The notes under the pieces were generated by a model. The model was not told the origin of the DNA. It searched no databases and saw only the letters and a program-made list of their open reading frames with translations. This document shows positions 59,470 through 64,000 of a stretch of DNA of 64,000 nucleotides, piece by piece. Position 1 is the first letter of the stretch. The number at the start of each line of letters is the position of its first letter. Both the position numbers and the translations under genes were made by a program. The DNA comes from Macrostomum lignano (taxonomy: Eukaryota), in the NCBI GenBank assembly GCA_002269645.1, contig NIVC01003102.1, positions 55,368-119,367 on the forward strand. The letters are read 5' to 3'.

Positions 59470-61095
59470 AATGAGACCATGAGAATCTTCCCAGGTGATC
59501 CTTCTGAGAATCGTCCCATATACTGCTCTTTATCGTCCCATATATTCCTATGAGAATCGTCCCAGATTATCCCTATGAGAATCGTCCTAGATTATCCCCA
59601 TGAGAATCGTCCTAGATCATCCCCATAAGAATCGTCCCAGATTATCCCTATGAGAATCTTCCCAGATTATCCCTATGATAATCTTTCCAGATTATCCCCA
59701 TGAGAATCTTTCCAGATTATCCCCATGAGAATCTTTCCAGATTATCCCCATGAGAATCGTCCCAGATTATCCTCATGAGAATCGTCCCAGATTATCTCCA
59801 TGAGAATCTTTCCAGATTATCCCCATGAGAATCGTCCCAGATTATCACCATGAGAATCGTCCCAGATTATCCCATGAAAATCTTCCCAGATTATCCCTAT
59901 GAGAATCTTTCCAGATTATCCCCATGAGAATCTGCCCAGATTATCTCCATGAGAATCTTTCCAGATTATCCCTATGAGAATCTTTCCAGATTATCCCCAT
60001 GATAATCTTTCCAGATTATCCCCATGAGTATCTTCCCAGATTATCCCTATGAGAATCTTTCCAGATTATCCCCATGAGAATCTTTCCAGATTATCCCCAT
60101 GAGAATCGTCCCAGATTATCCTCATGAGAATCGTCCCAGATTATCTCCATGAGAATCTTTCCAGATTATCCCCATGAGAATCGTCCCAGATTATCCCATG
60201 AAAATCTTCCCAGATTATCCCATGAAAATCTTCCCAGATTATCCCCATGAGAATCTTTCCAGATTATCTCCATGAGAATCTTTCCAGATTATCCCTATGA
60301 GAATCTTTCCAGATTATCCCTATGAGAATCTTTCCAGATTATCCCCATGAGAATCTTTCCAGATTATCCCCATGAGAATCGTCCCAGATTATCCTCATGA
60401 GAATCGTCCCAGATTATCTCCATGAGAATCTTTCCAGATTATCCCCATGAGAATCGTCCCAGATTATCCCATGAAAATCTTCCCAGATTATCCCATGAAA
60501 ATCTTCCCAGATTATCCCCATGAGAATCTTTCCAGATTATCTCCATGAGAATCTTTCCAGATTATCCCTATGAGAATCTTTCCAGATTATCCCCATGAGA
60601 ATCTTTCCAGATTATCCCCATGAGAATCTTTCCAGATTATCCCCATGAAAATCTTCCCAGATTATCCCTATGAGAATCTTTCCAGATTATCCCCATCAGA
60701 ATCTGCCCAGATTATCCCCATGAGAATCTTCCCAGATTATCTCCATGAGAATCTTTCCAGATTATCCCTATGAGAATCTTTCCAGATTATCCCCATGAGA
60801 ATCTTTCCAGATTATCCCCATGAGAATCTTCCCAGATTATCTCCATGAGAATCTTCCCAGATTATCTCCATGAGAATCTTTCCAGATTATCCCCATGAGA
60901 ATTGTCCCAGATTATCTCAATGAGAATCTTCCCAGATTATCTTTATGAGAATCTCCCAGATTATCCCCATGAGAATTGTCCCAGATTATCTCAATGAGAA
61001 TCTTCCCAGATTATCTTCATGAGAATCTCCCAGATTATCCCCATGAGAATTGTCCCAGATTATCTCTATAAGATTATTCCCGGATTATCCCTTAT
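59470..61095. repeat. 25-bp minisatellite (ccagattatccccatgagaatcttt), ~65 copies
   Basis: Starts ~90 nt downstream of the MsrB stop; variant blocks recur. Confidence 0.96.
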
Positions 61096-61479
61096 TAGAA
61101 TCGCTCATATCAGTTTTAGTGACTTTAGTAAGTTCACATGCTTGATTTTTCCCAATTTTGGCAATATGAATATTTCTTGCAATTTTTACTGAATTTACTT
61201 CTGTTTTGAGATTTTGCAACAAAATTAATTGCTCATTTTATTCGCCTCAATTTTCTAGGTGCTAGCAAAGTGTTTGCACTAAAATGTACTGTTCAATCAT
61301 TAATTGCCCGTCTCATGCAGTCGGATTTTAATTTTGCGAGAAATAAAAATATTTTCTCTCTTATTAATTTTTGCAATGATTTTTTTACTCTAAAGTTTGT
61401 TTTTCAAGGTTTAGTTAGCTTGGGTTCTTTGTCACATCTACCAAACTAACGTTATTCTGTTTAATCTCTGGGAATATGC

Positions 61480-62972
61480 CTCTCCACTACATGAATCTGC
61501 TTCTCCACTACATGAATCTGCTTCTCCACTACATGAATCTGCTTCTCCACTACATGAATCTGCCTCTCCACTACATGAATCTGCCTCTCCACTACATGAA
61601 TCTGCCTCTCCACTTTGTGAATCTGCCTCTCCACTACATGAATCTGCTTCTCCACTACATGAATCTGCCTCTCCACTTTGTGAATCTGCCTCTCCACTTT
61701 GTGAATCTGCCTCTCCACTACATGAATCTGCCTCTCCACTAGATGAATCTGCCTCTCCACTACATGAATCTGCCTCTCCACTACATGAATCTGCCTCTCC
61801 ACTACATGAATCTGCTTCTCCACTACATGAATCTGCTTCTCCACTACATGAATCTGCCTCTCCACTTTGTGAATCTGCTTCTCCACTACATGAATCTGCC
61901 TCTCCACTACATGAATCTGCCTTTCCACTTTGTGAATCTGCCTCTCCACTACATGAATCTGCCTCTCCACTACATGAATCTGCCTCTCCACTACATGAAT
62001 CTGCCTCTCCACTACATGAATCTGCCTCTCCACTACATGAATCTGCCTCTCCACTTTGTGAATCTGCCTCTCCACTACATGAATCTGCCTCTCCACTAGA
62101 TGAATCTGCCTCTCCACTACATGAATCTGCCTCTCCACTACATGAATCTGCCTCTCCACTAGATGAATCTGCCTCTCCACTACATGAATCTGCCTCTCCA
62201 CTACATGAATCTGCCTCTCCACTACATGAATCTGCTTCTCCACTACATGAATCTGCCTCTCCACTTTGTGAATCTGCTTCTCCACTACATGAATCTGCTT
62301 CTCCACTACATGAATCTGCCTCTCCACTACATGAATCTGCCTTTCCACTTTGTGAATCTGCCTCTCCACTACATGAATCTGCCTCTCCACTACATGAATC
62401 TGCCTCTCCACTACATGAATCTGCCTCTCCACTACATGAATCTGCCTCTCCACTACATGAATCTGCCTCTCCACTTTGTGAATCTGCCTCTCCACTACAT
62501 GAATCTGCCTCTCCACTTTGTGAATCTGCCTCTCCACTACATGAATCTGCCTCTCCACTACATGAATCTGCCTCTCCACTACATGAATCTGCCTCTCCAC
62601 TACATGAATCTGCCTCTCCACTTTGTGAATCTGCCTCTCCACTACATGAATCTGCCTCTCCACTTTGTGAATCTGCCTCTCCACTACATGAATCTGCCTC
62701 TCCACTACATGAATCTGCCTCTCCACTACATGAATCTGCCTCTCCACTACATGAATCTGCCTCTCCACTACATGAATCTGCCCCTCCACTACATGAATCT
62801 GCCCCTCCACTACATGAATCTGCCTCTCCACTACATGAATCTGCCCCTCCACTACATGAATCTGCCCCTCCACTACATGTATCTGCCTCTCCACTACATG
62901 AATCTGCTTCTCCACTACATCAATCTGCCTCTCCACTATATGAATCTGCCTCTCCACTACATGAATCTACAT
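61480..62972. repeat. 21-bp minisatellite (atgaatctgcctctccactac), ~70 copies
   Basis: Between MsrB and ADA. Confidence 0.97.
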
Positions 62973-63645
62973 GAATTTTATGGAAAATTTAAACTCATTC
63001 AAAACGGGCGACTCAAAAGCACGCTAGGCTGAAAAAGTCACTTCATTTTTATACTGTACGATTAAACAAAATTTTAGTTTCTATTTCTATCCCCAAAACC
63101 GCTGGCAACGATCCAACTCTAGCCAAAACTCTCCACTCTCTCATCACCAGCCTAAGCAGGGGGCCTCGCAAATTGCATCACCCAACAGGTTGTTGAGACG
63201 AGAGCCGCGGGTGGTGTGAATGGCGTCACTTGGGTCTGAGATCTGAGGAAAGTTTCAGGGGGGAACTTAAACATGTTGCTGATTGTAAAAACCTCAAAGC
63301 GTTCTCTTGTCAGTTATATGCTTTGTTCTCTTGCTTCTATGCTTCTCTTTGGCCGCTATTTTGCTGTGCAGATAAAAAACTGCTAAAAGTGCAGTGCCAA
63401 TGCTCTGCCTTAGATTTGGCCTTATCAAATTTACTGAGAGTTACACACCCTTCTCTAAACCTTCTCTAATTACTAGGGAGAGTACAGTGCTCTTCATCTC
63501 CGCTCTACAGCTGGGAAGGAGTGTACAGTGTGAGTATACTACACGCTTGGTCTTCAAATATAATTAGGCTTGCATGCGGCACCAGCGTGTTTTAGCTGGG
63601 TGTTCTATAGCACAGGGTCTCCGGTCAGAACACTGAAATCCTACA

Positions 63646-64000
63646 ATGTCCCGCGATGTTGAAGAGATTCAGCGGCAAAGTTTGCACCGCGTGGAGCTGC
63701 ACTGCCACCTGGAGGGCGCCCTCCGACGGCCACGGTGCTCCAAGTAGCCCGGCGTCGCGGCTCAAAGCGCCGGCCGACACGCCGGAGGCTTTTGCCGAAT
63801 TTCTGCGCCGAAAATCGCCATCATCATTGGCTGAATTTCTCGCCTATTTTCCCCAGCTGGTGGAGTTTGCGGCCGGCGATCGCGAAGCTATCGGTCAGTT
63901 GGCGCAGGACTTCGTGGCGATTGTGCCAGCAACGGTGTCTGCTACGTTGAGAGTCGTTTCTGCCCGAGCCTGTTCGCCAACTCTGAGCTGTCGGCCGAGG
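63646..64000 (+). CDS. ADA: Adenosine deaminase, 5' part (frame broken by four 1-nt deletions as assembled)
   Basis: MSR...RVELHCHLEGALR carries the HxH Zn motif. With frames restored it reads ATVLQVARRRG...SLAEFLAYF...AGDREAI..LAQDFV.DCASNGVCYVESRFCP.LFANS, matching the ADA N-terminal half. Confidence 0.85.

Noticed and set aside
61461-62957. 498-aa heptad-like ORF (ERQIHVV)n
   Set aside because: It coincides exactly with a 21-bp satellite, has no ATG and has a stop immediately upstream; openness is expected from the unit. It would need expression evidence.

Overview
Eukaryotic (metazoan) genomic DNA with GC-rich exons and introns filled with tandem repeats. The style resembles the free-living flatworm Macrostomum, which is an inference only. 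Four spliced genes were reconstructed by hand. (1) A giant minus-strand MUC4-like mucin (ATG 37687, at least 15 exons, continuing past the left edge): weak signal peptide, a single ~15-kb exon of Thr-rich repeats ending in a TSP1 repeat, then EGFs, NIDO, AMOP-like, VWD with GDPH, a cadherin-like/Ig fold and more EGFs; ~6150 aa lie in the window. (2) A complete minus-strand Csk tyrosine kinase (5 coding exons, 500 aa). (3) A plus-strand MsrB (2 coding exons, 144 aa). (4) The 5' end of a plus-strand adenosine deaminase with four 1-nt deletions. Between Csk and MsrB is a CpG-retaining island flanked by two strongly CpG-depleted domains holding decayed transposons: a Penelope-like element with an internal inversion and a degenerate hammerhead ribozyme, a Buster/SPIN-type hAT with TIRs and TSD, and a tRNA-like SINE head. 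The island holds a TA-flanked TIR element that carries an RTE-like fragment. About 25 distinct micro/minisatellites occur, nearly one private unit per long intron. No CRISPR arrays, rRNA or intact tRNA genes were seen. Exon coordinates come from GT-AG boundaries and phase continuity; repeat boundaries and counts are approximate and made by eye.
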